Below are positions 27,876 through 37,823 of a stretch of 64,000 bases of DNA, in pieces (the first letter of the stretch is position 1; each line of letters begins with the position of its first letter). Below the pieces are notes generated by a model, which saw only the letters and a list, made by a program, of their open reading frames with translations, was not told where the DNA came from and made no database searches. The position numbers and the translations under genes were made by a program. Origin of the DNA: Halobacteriovoraceae bacterium (GTDB lineage: Bacteria; Bdellovibrionota; Bacteriovoracia; Bacteriovoracales; Bacteriovoracaceae); the NCBI GenBank assembly GCA_963719505.1, contig CAVRCF010000001.1, positions 64,001 to 128,000 of the forward strand, read 5' to 3'.

Positions 27876-29369
27876 ATGATGACTAAAACCTACTATATAA
27901 CAACAGCTATTGATTATCCAAACGGTGCCCCTCACTTGGGACATGCCTATGAAAAAGTTGCAGCTGATTTTTATGCTCGCTACCATAAAATTTTCTCTGG
28001 AAGCTCTTACTTTCTTACTGGAACAGATGAGAATGGACAAAAGCTTATCAAGTCTGCTGCCGCGAGCGGTAAAGAGACTCAAAGTTTTGTGGACGAAAAT
28101 GTCGTTGTGTTTAAAGAACTCTGTGCCTCATTAAATATCTCAAATGACGATTTTATTAGAACAACTGAAAAGAGACATTTTGATTTTGTTCAAGACTCTT
28201 GGAAGACCCTTTTAGCAAAAGAGTTGATCTACAAAGGATCTTATAGTGGACACTACTGCTATGACTGTGAAAACTTTTACACGGAATCACAAGCCAAGGA
28301 TCTTATTTGCCCTGAACACGGCAAGAAACTAGAACTTGTTGAGGAAGAAGGTTACTTCTTTAAGTTGTCACAATACCAAACGAAGCTGATTGATCTGATT
28401 GAAGGACAAGAAAATTTCATTAGTCCTAAAGGGTCAAGAAAAGAGATTTTATCCAGGCTCAAGTCAGATGATCTTCGCGATATCGCTGTCTCTCGCCCCA
28501 ATGAAGGCTGGGGAGTACCGGTTCCTGGTGATGATAAGTTTGTTATTTACACATGGTTTGATGCACTTATGAACTATACATCTGCTCTTGATGAGAAACA
28601 AATGAAAGAGCTATGGCCTGCAAACACTCATGTTATTGGGAAAGATATTGCATGGTTTCATACCGTTATTTGGCCATCGATTTTAATGGGACTTGAACTC
28701 CCTATTCCCTCACAGATCTATGTGCACGGAATGGTTCTTGATGCCAACGGAAGAAAGATGTCTAAAAGTTTAAATAACGGTGTTGATCCGATGGAGATGA
28801 TGAAAAAGTATCCACTGGATTCTTTTAGATTTTATCTTCTCTATGGAATACCAGCCCTTGCCGATGGATCTTTTTCAGAAGAAGAGCTCATCAATACCCA
28901 TAATACAGCCCTCGCAAATGATCTTGGAAATCTTATTATGAGAATTGTAAAGATGGCTTTGAAGAAATTGGATTCAGAGACATTAAGTTTTGACCATTTT
29001 ACTAATGATAGAAATTTTGAAGACTTCTCAACTCGCTTTCACTCTCATACCAAAAACTTTGACCACAACAAGGCCATTGACTCTGTCAGAGAATATGTTC
29101 AAGCTTGTAACCAGTATGTAAACGATACGGCTCCTTGGCAGTTTAAGGAAGATAGTGATCTCCCTAAGTTTAAAAATATCGTCTTCAATTGCCTTTATGC
29201 TATTCACTGTGCTGCTTTTCACTACGCACCAGTGATGCCGGAAATTTTCGAGACGATCATGGGAACGATTAACCCATCAATTAAAACCGACCCAACAAAA
29301 GAGTTTGAGAATTTATCTTATACGATGAAAACACCTGAAATTTTATTTGAGAAAATTTTAAGCAAATAG
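27876..29369 (+). CDS. metG: Methionyl-tRNA synthetase (short form, no C-terminal tRNA-binding domain)
   Basis: YPNGAPHLGHAY, GTDENG, CYDCE..CPEH, WFDAL, IGKDI, KMSKS. Confidence 0.95.
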   Translation: MMTKTYYITTAIDYPNGAPHLGHAYEKVAADFYARYHKIFSGSSYFLTGTDENGQKLIKSAAASGKETQSFVDENVVVFKELCASLNISNDDFIRTTEKRHFDFVQDSWKTLLAKELIYKGSYSGHYCYDCENFYTESQAKDLICPEHGKKLELVEEEGYFFKLSQYQTKLIDLIEGQENFISPKGSRKEILSRLKSDDLRDIAVSRPNEGWGVPVPGDDKFVIYTWFDALMNYTSALDEKQMKELWPANTHVIGKDIAWFHTVIWPSILMGLELPIPSQIYVHGMVLDANGRKMSKSLNNGVDPMEMMKKYPLDSFRFYLLYGIPALADGSFSEEELINTHNTALANDLGNLIMRIVKMALKKLDSETLSFDHFTNDRNFEDFSTRFHSHTKNFDHNKAIDSVREYVQACNQYVNDTAPWQFKEDSDLPKFKNIVFNCLYAIHCAAFHYAPVMPEIFETIMGTINPSIKTDPTKEFENLSYTMKTPEILFEKILSK

Positions 29370-29741
29370 CTCTTTAATTTTTTGAACAAGTTTTTCGATA
29401 TCAATTGGTTTGGTAAAATAATCAAGTGCACCTGATTCGTAAGCTTCTCTTAGGATCAAAGGATCATGGTCAGCGCTTGCGATAATGACTGGAGTCAGCG
29501 CACTTATCGGATCTCCTTTAATTTGTTTTAAAAAATCCATTCCATCGAGTTCTGGCATATTGAGATCAGTAATGACTAAGTCAAAGGCTTCATCACCCAG
29601 AAGTCCCTGTGCATATTCATTCCACGCCTCAGCACTATCGTTAAATTCATAGACGTTAGTGAACCCGGCTTCTTTTAAGCCTTGAGTAATAAAAAAACTG
29701 GCAAGAGGAACATCATCTACAACCATTATTTTTTTATTCAC
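29358..29741 (-). CDS. CheY-like single-domain response regulator
   Basis: VVDD, DLVITDLNMPELDG, SA, KP; start moved to GTG 29741 after AAGGA. Confidence 0.85.
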   Translation of the reverse strand: MNKKIMVVDDVPLASFFITQGLKEAGFTNVYEFNDSAEAWNEYAQGLLGDEAFDLVITDLNMPELDGMDFLKQIKGDPISALTPVIIASADHDPLILREAYESGALDYFTKPIDIEKLVQKIKELFA

Positions 29742-30021
29742 TGAAAATGTCCTTTTGGAGATTTTGCATCGCTTTGATTCTATCATCCAGTAAGAGCTTT
29801 AAAGTATCTTTAAGATACCTTTCCACGTCTTCATCAGTGCTGCCTGTGTTAGAGACAATAAGGTCGTAAAGCTTTCTGGTCTCTTCGGAAACACTCAACG
29901 TTATTTTATGCTCACTGAAGTGATCATCTAGTAAATCCCTCACCAATCCCGACAAGTTTAATCCTGAGTCGGAAACAGTTTGGTATTGGTCTTCTTTAAG
30001 CATTAGGCTAACTCTTTTCAT
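29734..30021 (-). CDS. Small protein with two ribbon-helix-helix-like motifs
   Basis: KRVSLMLKEDQY..NLSGLVRDLLD and KITLSVSEETRKLY. Confidence 0.55.
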   Translation of the reverse strand: MKRVSLMLKEDQYQTVSDSGLNLSGLVRDLLDDHFSEHKITLSVSEETRKLYDLIVSNTGSTDEDVERYLKDTLKLLLDDRIKAMQNLQKDIFSE

Positions 30022-30074
30022 CCCATTTCTTTACCATATAAGTAGTTAATAAAACAAGTATCTTATGTATTTTT

Positions 30075-30138
30075 CATAAAAACCCACATTTTTATGTTTA
30101 CTAGCATATCGAGACATACTATAACATAATAACACATA
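30075..30138 (+). repeat. CATA motifs in 10-bp phase plus inverted repeat
   Basis: CATA at 30075, 30105, 30115, 30125, 30135; CATAAAAA-N6-TTTTTATG at 30075-30096. Confidence 0.6.
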
Positions 30139-30157
30139 CGAAACAATAGGAGGATGT

Positions 30158-30529
30158 ATGGGTATAAAATGGAAAAGATCTACCGATGGCTGGATTCTTG
30201 GGGTTTGTGAAGGTTTAGGTCAATCCTTTGGAATTAATCCCAATATTCTAAGGGCCCTTCTTCTTGTGAGTATGTTCGCATTTGGAACCGGCTTTCTTGT
30301 CTATATGATTCTAGGTTTAACCCTTCCCAAAGAAGATGACATTTTTGACTACAGCGAAAGTAAGTTCTTAGGAGTTTGCCAAAGAATAGCGAGAAGTTCT
30401 GAGATTGAATTAGGTCTAGTAAGGGTCTTTACTGTCGTCTCTTTTTTAGCTTCAGCAGGTATGACGTTTATTCTGTATATCGTGTTGAATTTTGTTCTCC
30501 CTAAAACATCTAAGCAAATTGACCTATAG
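30158..30529 (+). CDS. pspC: Tandem PspC-domain protein
   Basis: Two copies of (I/F)LGVC..(L/I)....I....R...Y......P; AGGAGG SD. Confidence 0.8.
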   Translation: MGIKWKRSTDGWILGVCEGLGQSFGINPNILRALLLVSMFAFGTGFLVYMILGLTLPKEDDIFDYSESKFLGVCQRIARSSEIELGLVRVFTVVSFLASAGMTFILYIVLNFVLPKTSKQIDL

Positions 30530-30539
30530 GAGATTTAAA

Positions 30540-31184
30540 ATGAAAATTTTTAATTTTATCACACAGCTTTTTAGTTCTGGAAAAATTGACATCAACAAGG
30601 CCATGAACGAAATTGATAATCAAGAATCAACTCTCAAGGAGACTCTTGCGAATCTTCTTTTTCAACAAGCAAAGCTTAAGCAAAAAAGAAGTGACGAACT
30701 TATGAAGCTTGAAGATATTGCCATTGATCTTGATCAGGCCATTTATGAAAACGATGAGCAGTTGAGCCTCTACCTTCTGGAGCAAACAGATGTTTTAAAA
30801 GCTGACGTTGCTTTTATTGATGAGGAGCTTCACAGTCTAGCCGATAGTATCTGCGGACTCACGGAATCTCGCTCGAAGCTTGCACTCAATAAAAACAGAT
30901 ATAAAAATCAACTCATTTCGCAAACTCATAAACTAGAGTCTCTAAAGTCGAAAAAGAAAATAAACGAACAAATTCAAAGTGTCTCTAACTTTCAGATGGA
31001 CGCACACACTCCTCTTGATGAGTTAAAGTTGCAGGTCTTAAAAGCACAAGCTCAGCTCGATGCACAAGGAGAAAAATCAAATCCTTTTGAGGAAAAAAGA
31101 GAAGAAAATAAGAAGTTTAGACAGACTCAGAAGTACAAAGCTCAGTTTGAGAAGTTAAAGGCATCTCGAGGAGCACTTGTATGA
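30540..31184 (+). CDS. PspA/IM30-like coiled-coil protein
   Basis: Start at ATG 30540 after AGGAG; all-helical 214 aa; follows pspC; FEKLK C-terminus. Confidence 0.6.
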   Translation: MKIFNFITQLFSSGKIDINKAMNEIDNQESTLKETLANLLFQQAKLKQKRSDELMKLEDIAIDLDQAIYENDEQLSLYLLEQTDVLKADVAFIDEELHSLADSICGLTESRSKLALNKNRYKNQLISQTHKLESLKSKKKINEQIQSVSNFQMDAHTPLDELKLQVLKAQAQLDAQGEKSNPFEEKREENKKFRQTQKYKAQFEKLKASRGALV

Positions 31185-31654
31185 GAACCAGAAAGCACGC
31201 TGTTGTCCTCTACATTTTCTCTCTTCTCTCTTTGGTGGATGGAGAGCAGGGCCTCTCTTTATTTTTCGCGGCCATCGCATCTTACCTTCTCTATAAATGG
31301 TGGAAACATCCTAAACGCCAACTTTTAGTCGAGCTCAAAAAGGATAGCCGCCGTTTTCATGTGGAGATTCCGACATCATATCCCCTGCAGCTTGCATTTT
31401 TCAAAATCTACTCAAAATTTCTTAGGCTTAGCACCCAGTATCCAGCCCTGCAGGCGACCTATCGTGAGTTAATCGACTCAATGTGGGCAAAGCTCTCTCA
31501 AAAGAGTACTCCTAAAGAGTGGGCAGATGTTATTAATGCTGTTGATCGTTCCTGGCCTACACCGGTCGATCTGAAGGATATGCTTAAGACAAGTTTAGAC
31601 AAAGTCTCATCAGAGACAAGTCTTTGGAATGAGGCCATGGCAAAAAGTAGGTAG
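31181..31654 (+). CDS. Hypothetical membrane protein in psp-like operon
   Basis: ATGA overlap with upstream gene; two N-terminal TM segments. Confidence 0.65.
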   Translation: MRTRKHAVVLYIFSLLSLVDGEQGLSLFFAAIASYLLYKWWKHPKRQLLVELKKDSRRFHVEIPTSYPLQLAFFKIYSKFLRLSTQYPALQATYRELIDSMWAKLSQKSTPKEWADVINAVDRSWPTPVDLKDMLKTSLDKVSSETSLWNEAMAKSR

Positions 31655-31672
31655 ATAAGTTATACTTCTTTC

Positions 31673-32140
31673 ATGACTGAAGAAGAAAAACCAAAGCCCA
31701 TAAATGTTGACGAGATCGATCTTGATCTCATGAAAAAACACACCACTGACGTCCCAGGTCTCATTGAATATGCCCACTCAGTCGGTGGATTTTCAATTGT
31801 TCCCACCAAGCAAGGTGCCATCAAAGGGCGTGCTTTAAAAGTCATGGAACAACAGACAAATATGCAAATGGATCAAATCTTTAAGCAGATGAAGCTTTTA
31901 GCGGAACAAGCTAAAAAGATTAAAGATCGTGCTGATGTTTCGGTCGAGATTTACGATGCGACCTTGGGTTTTGAACCACTAGTTGGCAATACCTATTTTC
32001 TGTATGAAAAAAGTGATGGAAAAAAATTAGTGTCTATGGTTTCTCCCAAAGAGTGGGGTGAAAAAATTCCTTTTGAACGATTTATCGCGCAAGTAAAACT
32101 TCTAGCAGATCATACTTGGGATATCGTTGAAGAGGACTAG
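31673..32140 (+). CDS. DUF2452-like protein
   Basis: IYDATLGFEPLVGNTYFLYE...SMVSPKEW...VKLLADHTW. Confidence 0.75.
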   Translation: MTEEEKPKPINVDEIDLDLMKKHTTDVPGLIEYAHSVGGFSIVPTKQGAIKGRALKVMEQQTNMQMDQIFKQMKLLAEQAKKIKDRADVSVEIYDATLGFEPLVGNTYFLYEKSDGKKLVSMVSPKEWGEKIPFERFIAQVKLLADHTWDIVEED

Positions 32141-32685
32141 TTTTTCTTATTAAACTTCTTAACCGTATTAACCATCCCTTTTTCTGACTCTAACATACTT
32201 TGAAAGTACTCAGGTGCCTTGGGAGCAGTAACATCTTTATTCATTTTCTTTAGTAAGTAAGATGGACTCACTCTTTTTCCCTTTTTAAGAAAAATAACTT
32301 TGGCAATCGCCGAGGCTTTAATCTGATTATCTTTAATAAATTCTTGCTTTAAATAAAACCAACTGTCATCCCAAGTTAAGACTTTGGTATGGAGTTCATA
32401 TTTTTCGAAAGGAGCCAGTGGTTTAAAAAAATTAATATTAATCCCAGATGCCACGGCTGATAATTTATCAGAAAGTACGAGCTTATGCAGACCAAAACGA
32501 ATCACAAACTCTGTCCGCCCAATATCCATAATCGTCAAATAACGTCCGTTATTCATGTGAAAATTCAGATCAAGGTCGGTGGGAAGAACTCGCATCTTTA
32601 TCACAGAAGTCTCGTGATACTCTAAGGGTCTGTGAAAGATAAGGTTTTTAAAGATATTATAAAAAAAGCGAAATATTAGATTCAT
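32137..32685 (-). CDS. Thioesterase family protein (hotdog fold)
   Basis: RVLPTDLDLNFHMNNGRYLTIMDIGR; start MNLIFRF after GAGG. Confidence 0.85.
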   Translation of the reverse strand: MNLIFRFFYNIFKNLIFHRPLEYHETSVIKMRVLPTDLDLNFHMNNGRYLTIMDIGRTEFVIRFGLHKLVLSDKLSAVASGININFFKPLAPFEKYELHTKVLTWDDSWFYLKQEFIKDNQIKASAIAKVIFLKKGKRVSPSYLLKKMNKDVTAPKAPEYFQSMLESEKGMVNTVKKFNKKN

Positions 32686-32806
32686 ATGAACCTCTAACAC
32701 ACATACTGGAACGTGCAAATAATACTCTCACATTAAAAAGGTGAAATTTTTACATTAAGAGTAAATAATTAATATTTTTAATTTAATAACTATATCATAG
32801 GTTTCT

Positions 32807-33901
32807 ATGAAATTTCTTTTACTTATTCTTACAACTTTAATCTCTATTAACTCTTATGGTTTAACAAACCTTGAACTGTTAAATAAACTCGTTAAAAATG
32901 AGAAATATGGAAAGGTTATAGGAGTTTATAAAACCCCAAGCTTTATTAACTCTCTTTCGGCCAAGTACAATATCCCTGAAGTAAAATTAATGCCAAAAGA
33001 TGTAGTCTACTTTTATGTTCCGGAGAAATTTTCAGATATGTCCCTATCCTGGCTTGGATTCTCTCATCGCCAAAAGCAAGAGCCAGTTGGAACCTGGGAT
33101 GAGAACCCTGGTCTTACAAGTGCGCTTGTTTATACTTCTAGTATGCCAAAGGATAACCTTAGATATTGGGGAGGACCATCTTCTGGTTCTTTGGGAGCTA
33201 AGTTTGCCGAAATTGGTATCTACCCTGAATACGACGCACTTTATGAATGGCCATTGAAGGGCCATAGAGGTGTCAACAATAAGAAGAAATCATTTAAGTT
33301 AATTTCTCCAAACGTTATTCGGATTCAAAATATCGGGACTGACGATGTTTATTTCAGTGAGTTAGATTTCAAAGTTACACCATCTCCAGATGATATTTAT
33401 GAAGACTTTATTTTTACAAAAAATTCTCATTTTGGTGCTGTTGATTCTATGATCGGTCGTTTTTACGGAGGTGGTCAAAGGCACAGAGGCTTATACCCAA
33501 ATTCGATAATATTGAGTCATCAGCCTAATGCGAAACAGCCCAAACTACCAAGCGGGTTTAAAGTATCTAAAAACGAACTTCGAATTAAACTCCCTACAGA
33601 TACAAAGTTTTCATTTATTCAAATAATGTGTGGAGACAGTCATCCGGATATGGTCATAAATAGAGACGGTGGGTATGGAACATCAGGAAATGCCAGAATG
33701 AACATCTGGATTTCCAATTCATTAACAGGAAAAAAACGTCTACTTGATAAAAATATAAATATCCCTCCAGAAGGCGTAATTGTAGTCTCTGAAATATTGG
33801 ATAGAGTTAAGCCAGAACTTGGCGATGAAATAGTCATAGTAAATAATAAGTTGAAGTCTCCGCTCTACATCATGGCTATTAGGCTTGGTTTTCAGCCATA
33901 G
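32807..33901 (+). CDS. Hypothetical secreted protein
   Basis: 364-aa ORF with signal peptide; beta-rich. Confidence 0.65.
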   Translation: MKFLLLILTTLISINSYGLTNLELLNKLVKNEKYGKVIGVYKTPSFINSLSAKYNIPEVKLMPKDVVYFYVPEKFSDMSLSWLGFSHRQKQEPVGTWDENPGLTSALVYTSSMPKDNLRYWGGPSSGSLGAKFAEIGIYPEYDALYEWPLKGHRGVNNKKKSFKLISPNVIRIQNIGTDDVYFSELDFKVTPSPDDIYEDFIFTKNSHFGAVDSMIGRFYGGGQRHRGLYPNSIILSHQPNAKQPKLPSGFKVSKNELRIKLPTDTKFSFIQIMCGDSHPDMVINRDGGYGTSGNARMNIWISNSLTGKKRLLDKNINIPPEGVIVVSEILDRVKPELGDEIVIVNNKLKSPLYIMAIRLGFQP

Positions 33902-33988
33902 AAAAGCCTATTTGCACACAATCGTTAAAAATCAGGAAAAAGATACCTGGCTTTCCTTATCGGTTGATCAATCTGATAAAATAATCCC

Positions 33989-34555
33989 ATGAAAAATATG
34001 ATCTTTATAATGAGCTTTCTAATTTTTATCCCCCTTACACATAGTGCTGAAAACTCACTGAGTATAGAGCCCCTCTACGGTATTGAGCGGACCCAAAGGG
34101 AATACCCAAAACCGGCTAAATACACCACTCGAACTTTTATTGGGATCAGAGGTATTTACGGAACCTCTCTTCTGTCGGGAGAGCTTGAGGTCAGTCAGTC
34201 CAATAGTAGTGATGAGTTTCCCGATGATAATGAAAAGGTTGACTATAGCACTCAACGGGCCATGGTTGGTTTGAGGTCATATCCCCTAACAAGTCAGTAT
34301 GTGGGTGTATTTTTAAGAGCGGGAGCTCGTGCACAGATTAATAAAAGAACGATAAAAAGAGCCAATGAAACAGTAGAGGAAGAAGATCCACTAACCTTTG
34401 ACCCTTACGCAGGAACCGGTGTGACCGTGGCTTTTGGGAGCGTCTTTGCCCTGAGCGCAGGAGCGACCCTTATGTACAATAGAAATGCTCCAAGTTCCGA
34501 ACAGTATGACACTCAGTACACGTTGAGCTTTACCTTTAGAGCAGGAAATAGATAG
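33989..34555 (+). CDS. Outer-membrane beta-barrel protein
   Basis: Signal peptide; about 8 amphipathic strands (DPYAGTGV, YTLSFTF). Confidence 0.65.
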   Translation: MKNMIFIMSFLIFIPLTHSAENSLSIEPLYGIERTQREYPKPAKYTTRTFIGIRGIYGTSLLSGELEVSQSNSSDEFPDDNEKVDYSTQRAMVGLRSYPLTSQYVGVFLRAGARAQINKRTIKRANETVEEEDPLTFDPYAGTGVTVAFGSVFALSAGATLMYNRNAPSSEQYDTQYTLSFTFRAGNR

Positions 34556-34558
34556 AAG

Positions 34559-35371
34559 ATGGATAAATCATACAGTGGACTAAACTATAAACTCTCAGAA
34601 ATTGAGCATCTTTATGGTGAGAATATTCATATTCTTAATTCACCATACCTCTACACTCTTTTAGAAAGAATAAGCTCACCTAAAACAACACAGCCCCTTT
34701 TCACTGAATATATTAGAAAAGCTTACGCCTTTATGTTTAAGGAAGCTGCCTCTCATTTTTTTGAAACTCAAGTTGTTAACTCTCCAACTCGAATGAAGGA
34801 ATTTCATCCCGAGGGAGAATACAACGGCGAGATCATTAACGACTCTCACAAATGCGTCGTGGTAGATCTTGCAAGAGCAGGTATCATCCCCTCGCAGCTT
34901 ATCTACAATGAACTCAATTATATTTTTAATCCCAAAAACGTAAGGCAAGATCACTTCTACGCCGCAAGACGCACAAACGCTTTAGGTGAAGTGGTTGGTG
35001 TCGACATTTCGGGTTCCAAAATTGGTGGTGATATAGAAGATTCTTATGTTATTTTTCCAGATCCCATGGGAGCCACAGGTGGAACGATCAGTGAGTCGAT
35101 AAAGTTTTATAAAAAACAAGTTCCAGGAACGGCAAAGAAATTTATTTCTTTGCATCTTATAATTACTCCAGAGTATATAAAAAAAATAAAAGCTGATCAC
35201 CCCGACTGTGAAGTCTACGCTATTCGGCTAGATAGAGGTCTATCGACTGATAAAGCTCTTCAAAGTACTCCAGGCCAATACCCCGATGAAGAGAAAGGCT
35301 TAAACTCCAATCAATATATTATCCCTGGTGCCGGCGGCATAGGTGAGCTCTTAAATAACTCATTCGTATAA
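34559..35371 (+). CDS. upp: Uracil phosphoribosyltransferase (long variant)
   Basis: LARAG, PRPP motif VIFPDPMGATGGT, LNSNQYIIPGAGGIG. Confidence 0.8.
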   Translation: MDKSYSGLNYKLSEIEHLYGENIHILNSPYLYTLLERISSPKTTQPLFTEYIRKAYAFMFKEAASHFFETQVVNSPTRMKEFHPEGEYNGEIINDSHKCVVVDLARAGIIPSQLIYNELNYIFNPKNVRQDHFYAARRTNALGEVVGVDISGSKIGGDIEDSYVIFPDPMGATGGTISESIKFYKKQVPGTAKKFISLHLIITPEYIKKIKADHPDCEVYAIRLDRGLSTDKALQSTPGQYPDEEKGLNSNQYIIPGAGGIGELLNNSFV

Positions 35372-35420
35372 CGAAAAACTTATGTTAAAATGATGTGTAT
35401 TTTAACTTAAGGATCTATCA

Positions 35421-36698
35421 ATGAGCGAAGTAAAAAAAGTTTGTATTATCAAGAGTAAAAGAATTCCTTTTATGCGATCAAATACCCATTACAAAGGCTT
35501 ATCTGTAAGGGATTTAATGGTTCCTCCCCTTCAAACATTAGTTTCAGAACTTGGACTCAACGACAAAATTTTAGGGGAAGTGGCTCTGGGAGCTGTTAAC
35601 AAACATGCCTATGATTTTTCACTGGCAAGAGAGTGTGTGATGGATAGTGGTTTAAGCCCAATGACTCCAGCGACTGATCTCCAAAAAGCTTGCGGAACAT
35701 CTCTAGAGGCGACGATACTCATTGCTAATAAAATTGCCCTTGGACAAATTGAGTGTGGTATCGCCGGTGGTGTAGATACCAATAGTGATGTTCCCATTGA
35801 ATTTACAAAGAAATTTTCAGATAGACTTTTGTCTCTTTCAAACGCGAGAACTTTTGGTGATAGACTCAAAGCTTTTAAAGGCTTTAATCCAAAAGAGCTG
35901 CTTCCAAGTATCCCAGCTATTAAAGAACCTCGAACAGGAAAAAGTATGGGCGAGAGCTGTGAAGAGATGGCAAAGACTTGGAATATTTCACGAGAAGATC
36001 AAGATCAATTGGCTTTTGATTCACAACAAAAAGCAGCTTCCGGTTATGAAAAAGGATTCTATGATGACCTTATTATGGAGTTTAAAGGTCATAAAAAAGA
36101 TGGAACTTTTCGTCCCGATACGACTTTAGAAAAGTTGGCAAAACTTAAACCGGCTTTTGATAAAACCAGTGGCAAGGGAACTTTGACTGCAGGAAACTCT
36201 TCAGCGATGACCGATGGAGCAAGCTGTGTGTTTTTATGTTCAGAAGAGTATGCCCAAAAAAATAACTTAGAGGTTTTGGCCCATTTTAAAATTGGAATCT
36301 CAACGGCGGTAAATTATATCGACGACGAAGGTCTTCTCATGGCCCCAGCTTACGCTGTTCCTAAAATGCTTGATATGACAGATAGCTCTTTACAAGCTTT
36401 TGACTTTTATGAAATTCATGAGGCTTTTGCTGCACAAGTTCTCTGTACACTTGAGGCTTGGAACTCTGATGATTTTTGTAAGGCTAAACTTGGAAAAGAA
36501 AAAGCTCTAGGCCAAATCGATCCAACGAAAATGAATATCCACGGTGGATCTTTAGCTGTTGGCCATCCCTTTGCGGCAACGGGAACAAGAATCGTGGGCT
36601 CTCTGGCAAAAATGATTCATGAAAACGGCGGAGGAACAGGACTTATCTCTATCTGTACTGCAGGTGGCATGGGTGTTACAGCTATTATTGAAAAATAA
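35421..36698 (+). CDS. Acetyl-CoA C-acyltransferase (FadI-like thiolase)
   Basis: QKACGTS, TAGNSSAMTDGA, EIHEAFAAQ, GHPFAATG, SICTAGGMG. Confidence 0.92.
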   Translation: MSEVKKVCIIKSKRIPFMRSNTHYKGLSVRDLMVPPLQTLVSELGLNDKILGEVALGAVNKHAYDFSLARECVMDSGLSPMTPATDLQKACGTSLEATILIANKIALGQIECGIAGGVDTNSDVPIEFTKKFSDRLLSLSNARTFGDRLKAFKGFNPKELLPSIPAIKEPRTGKSMGESCEEMAKTWNISREDQDQLAFDSQQKAASGYEKGFYDDLIMEFKGHKKDGTFRPDTTLEKLAKLKPAFDKTSGKGTLTAGNSSAMTDGASCVFLCSEEYAQKNNLEVLAHFKIGISTAVNYIDDEGLLMAPAYAVPKMLDMTDSSLQAFDFYEIHEAFAAQVLCTLEAWNSDDFCKAKLGKEKALGQIDPTKMNIHGGSLAVGHPFAATGTRIVGSLAKMIHENGGGTGLISICTAGGMGVTAIIEK

Positions 36699-36708
36699 TT
36701 AATTAAAT

Positions 36709-36749
36709 CTAGTTAGAGGCCATCTCAGAGCCTCTGACTAGCACCTTTT
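36709..36749 (+). terminator. Terminator-like hairpin after thiolase
   Basis: CTAGTTAGAGGC-N9-GCCTCTGACTAG then CACCTTTT. Confidence 0.55.
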
Positions 36750-36804
36750 CTCCATATATATTCTTACCAACAAATTATCTCTATCATGACCTCAAGACCT
36801 ATTT

Positions 36805-36820
36805 TGGCATATGTATTGCT
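36805..36820 (+). promoter_or_regulatory. Sigma-54 -24/-12 promoter
   Basis: TGGCAT-N5-TTGCT with exact spacing upstream of 36936. Confidence 0.65.
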
Positions 36821-36935
36821 TGTAAATCAGCACAACCTTAGTAGCCGTGAAGATTTCAAAGATAAAGTGTCTAAAACTTCAGCAAACTTGGCTGTATCGT
36901 AAAAATAATAGTCATAACAAAAATGGAGAGAGAAC

Positions 36936-37430
36936 ATGAAAAACCTAGCAATTAGTGCCTTATTTTTATTATCAACAGCAGCTTTATCTTGTCCAATAGC
37001 AAAAAATCTTGCTGATGTTGGTGAAAACTGGGAATTGAGTTTGAACTCTCTTCACGAGCAAACAGTCATGTATAATTCTTATAATTATGTAAGCTCGATT
37101 GATAGCAAAAATCAATTAACGACAATTGCACTAGGTGATAACCGAGCAATTAAGAAAGATCAAAAAGTTAAAATTCTCTTTAATGAATCTGAAATCTATA
37201 GAGAAGATGGTAAAGCCATAGACAGAAGTGCTAAAGGTGTTGCATCAATAAACGGTGAACTAAGTGAAATCTTCATTACAATGAATGACAAACAAGACAA
37301 AAGCATTACTCTTGGAGACTTTATTGAAAATATCAAAGCAGACTTTAAAGTGGAATGTAAGTTAAAAGAGTCAGTTCAATTTAATGACGTGGAACAGGAG
37401 GAAGAAGAAACTCAAGCTTTACAGTCATGA
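36936..37430 (+). CDS. Hypothetical secreted protein
   Basis: Signal peptide; acidic tail. Confidence 0.65.
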   Translation: MKNLAISALFLLSTAALSCPIAKNLADVGENWELSLNSLHEQTVMYNSYNYVSSIDSKNQLTTIALGDNRAIKKDQKVKILFNESEIYREDGKAIDRSAKGVASINGELSEIFITMNDKQDKSITLGDFIENIKADFKVECKLKESVQFNDVEQEEEETQALQS

Positions 37431-37451
37431 TGAAAAAAATATGTGCCTGAA

Positions 37452-37802
37452 TTAATTTAAATAGTCAGGGTCATCTAGTATGGCCCTGGCAAATAGAGCT
37501 GTATAAATACTAAAGATCGCCACTCCAACAAGCATTAAAGTTATCCCCACTAGTCTTCCATAAGTTGTTACAGGAGAGATATCTCCAAAGCCCACAGTTG
37601 TTGCGGTTTGAAAGCTCCACCAAAGAGCATCCATAAAAGTTAAAATGCCAGGATTGACTTCTTTTTCGATAAAGTAGATTAATCCCGCAAAAGTGAACAC
37701 CACAATATTACCTAACACAGATAAAGTGATAAAAGGGACACTCGTAAGAAGTTTATAAATGAGCTTTAGAAAGTGAATACTTTTTTTGAGGATAGTTTTC
37801 AT
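37452..37802 (-). CDS. Minimal two-TM potassium channel pore protein
   Basis: DALWWSFQTATTVGFGDISP selectivity filter. Confidence 0.88.
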   Translation of the reverse strand: MKTILKKSIHFLKLIYKLLTSVPFITLSVLGNIVVFTFAGLIYFIEKEVNPGILTFMDALWWSFQTATTVGFGDISPVTTYGRLVGITLMLVGVAIFSIYTALFARAILDDPDYLN

Positions 37803-37823
37803 ATCCTCAGTCTAGTTTACTTT

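Noticed and set aside
27549-28082. 177-aa minus-strand ORF
   Set aside because: Antisense to metG and the 73-aa ORF; no recognisable features.
33951-33980. ACCGATAA sigma-28 -10 box on the minus strand
   Set aside because: No matching -35 at 15 nt, and it points antisense into 32807..33901.
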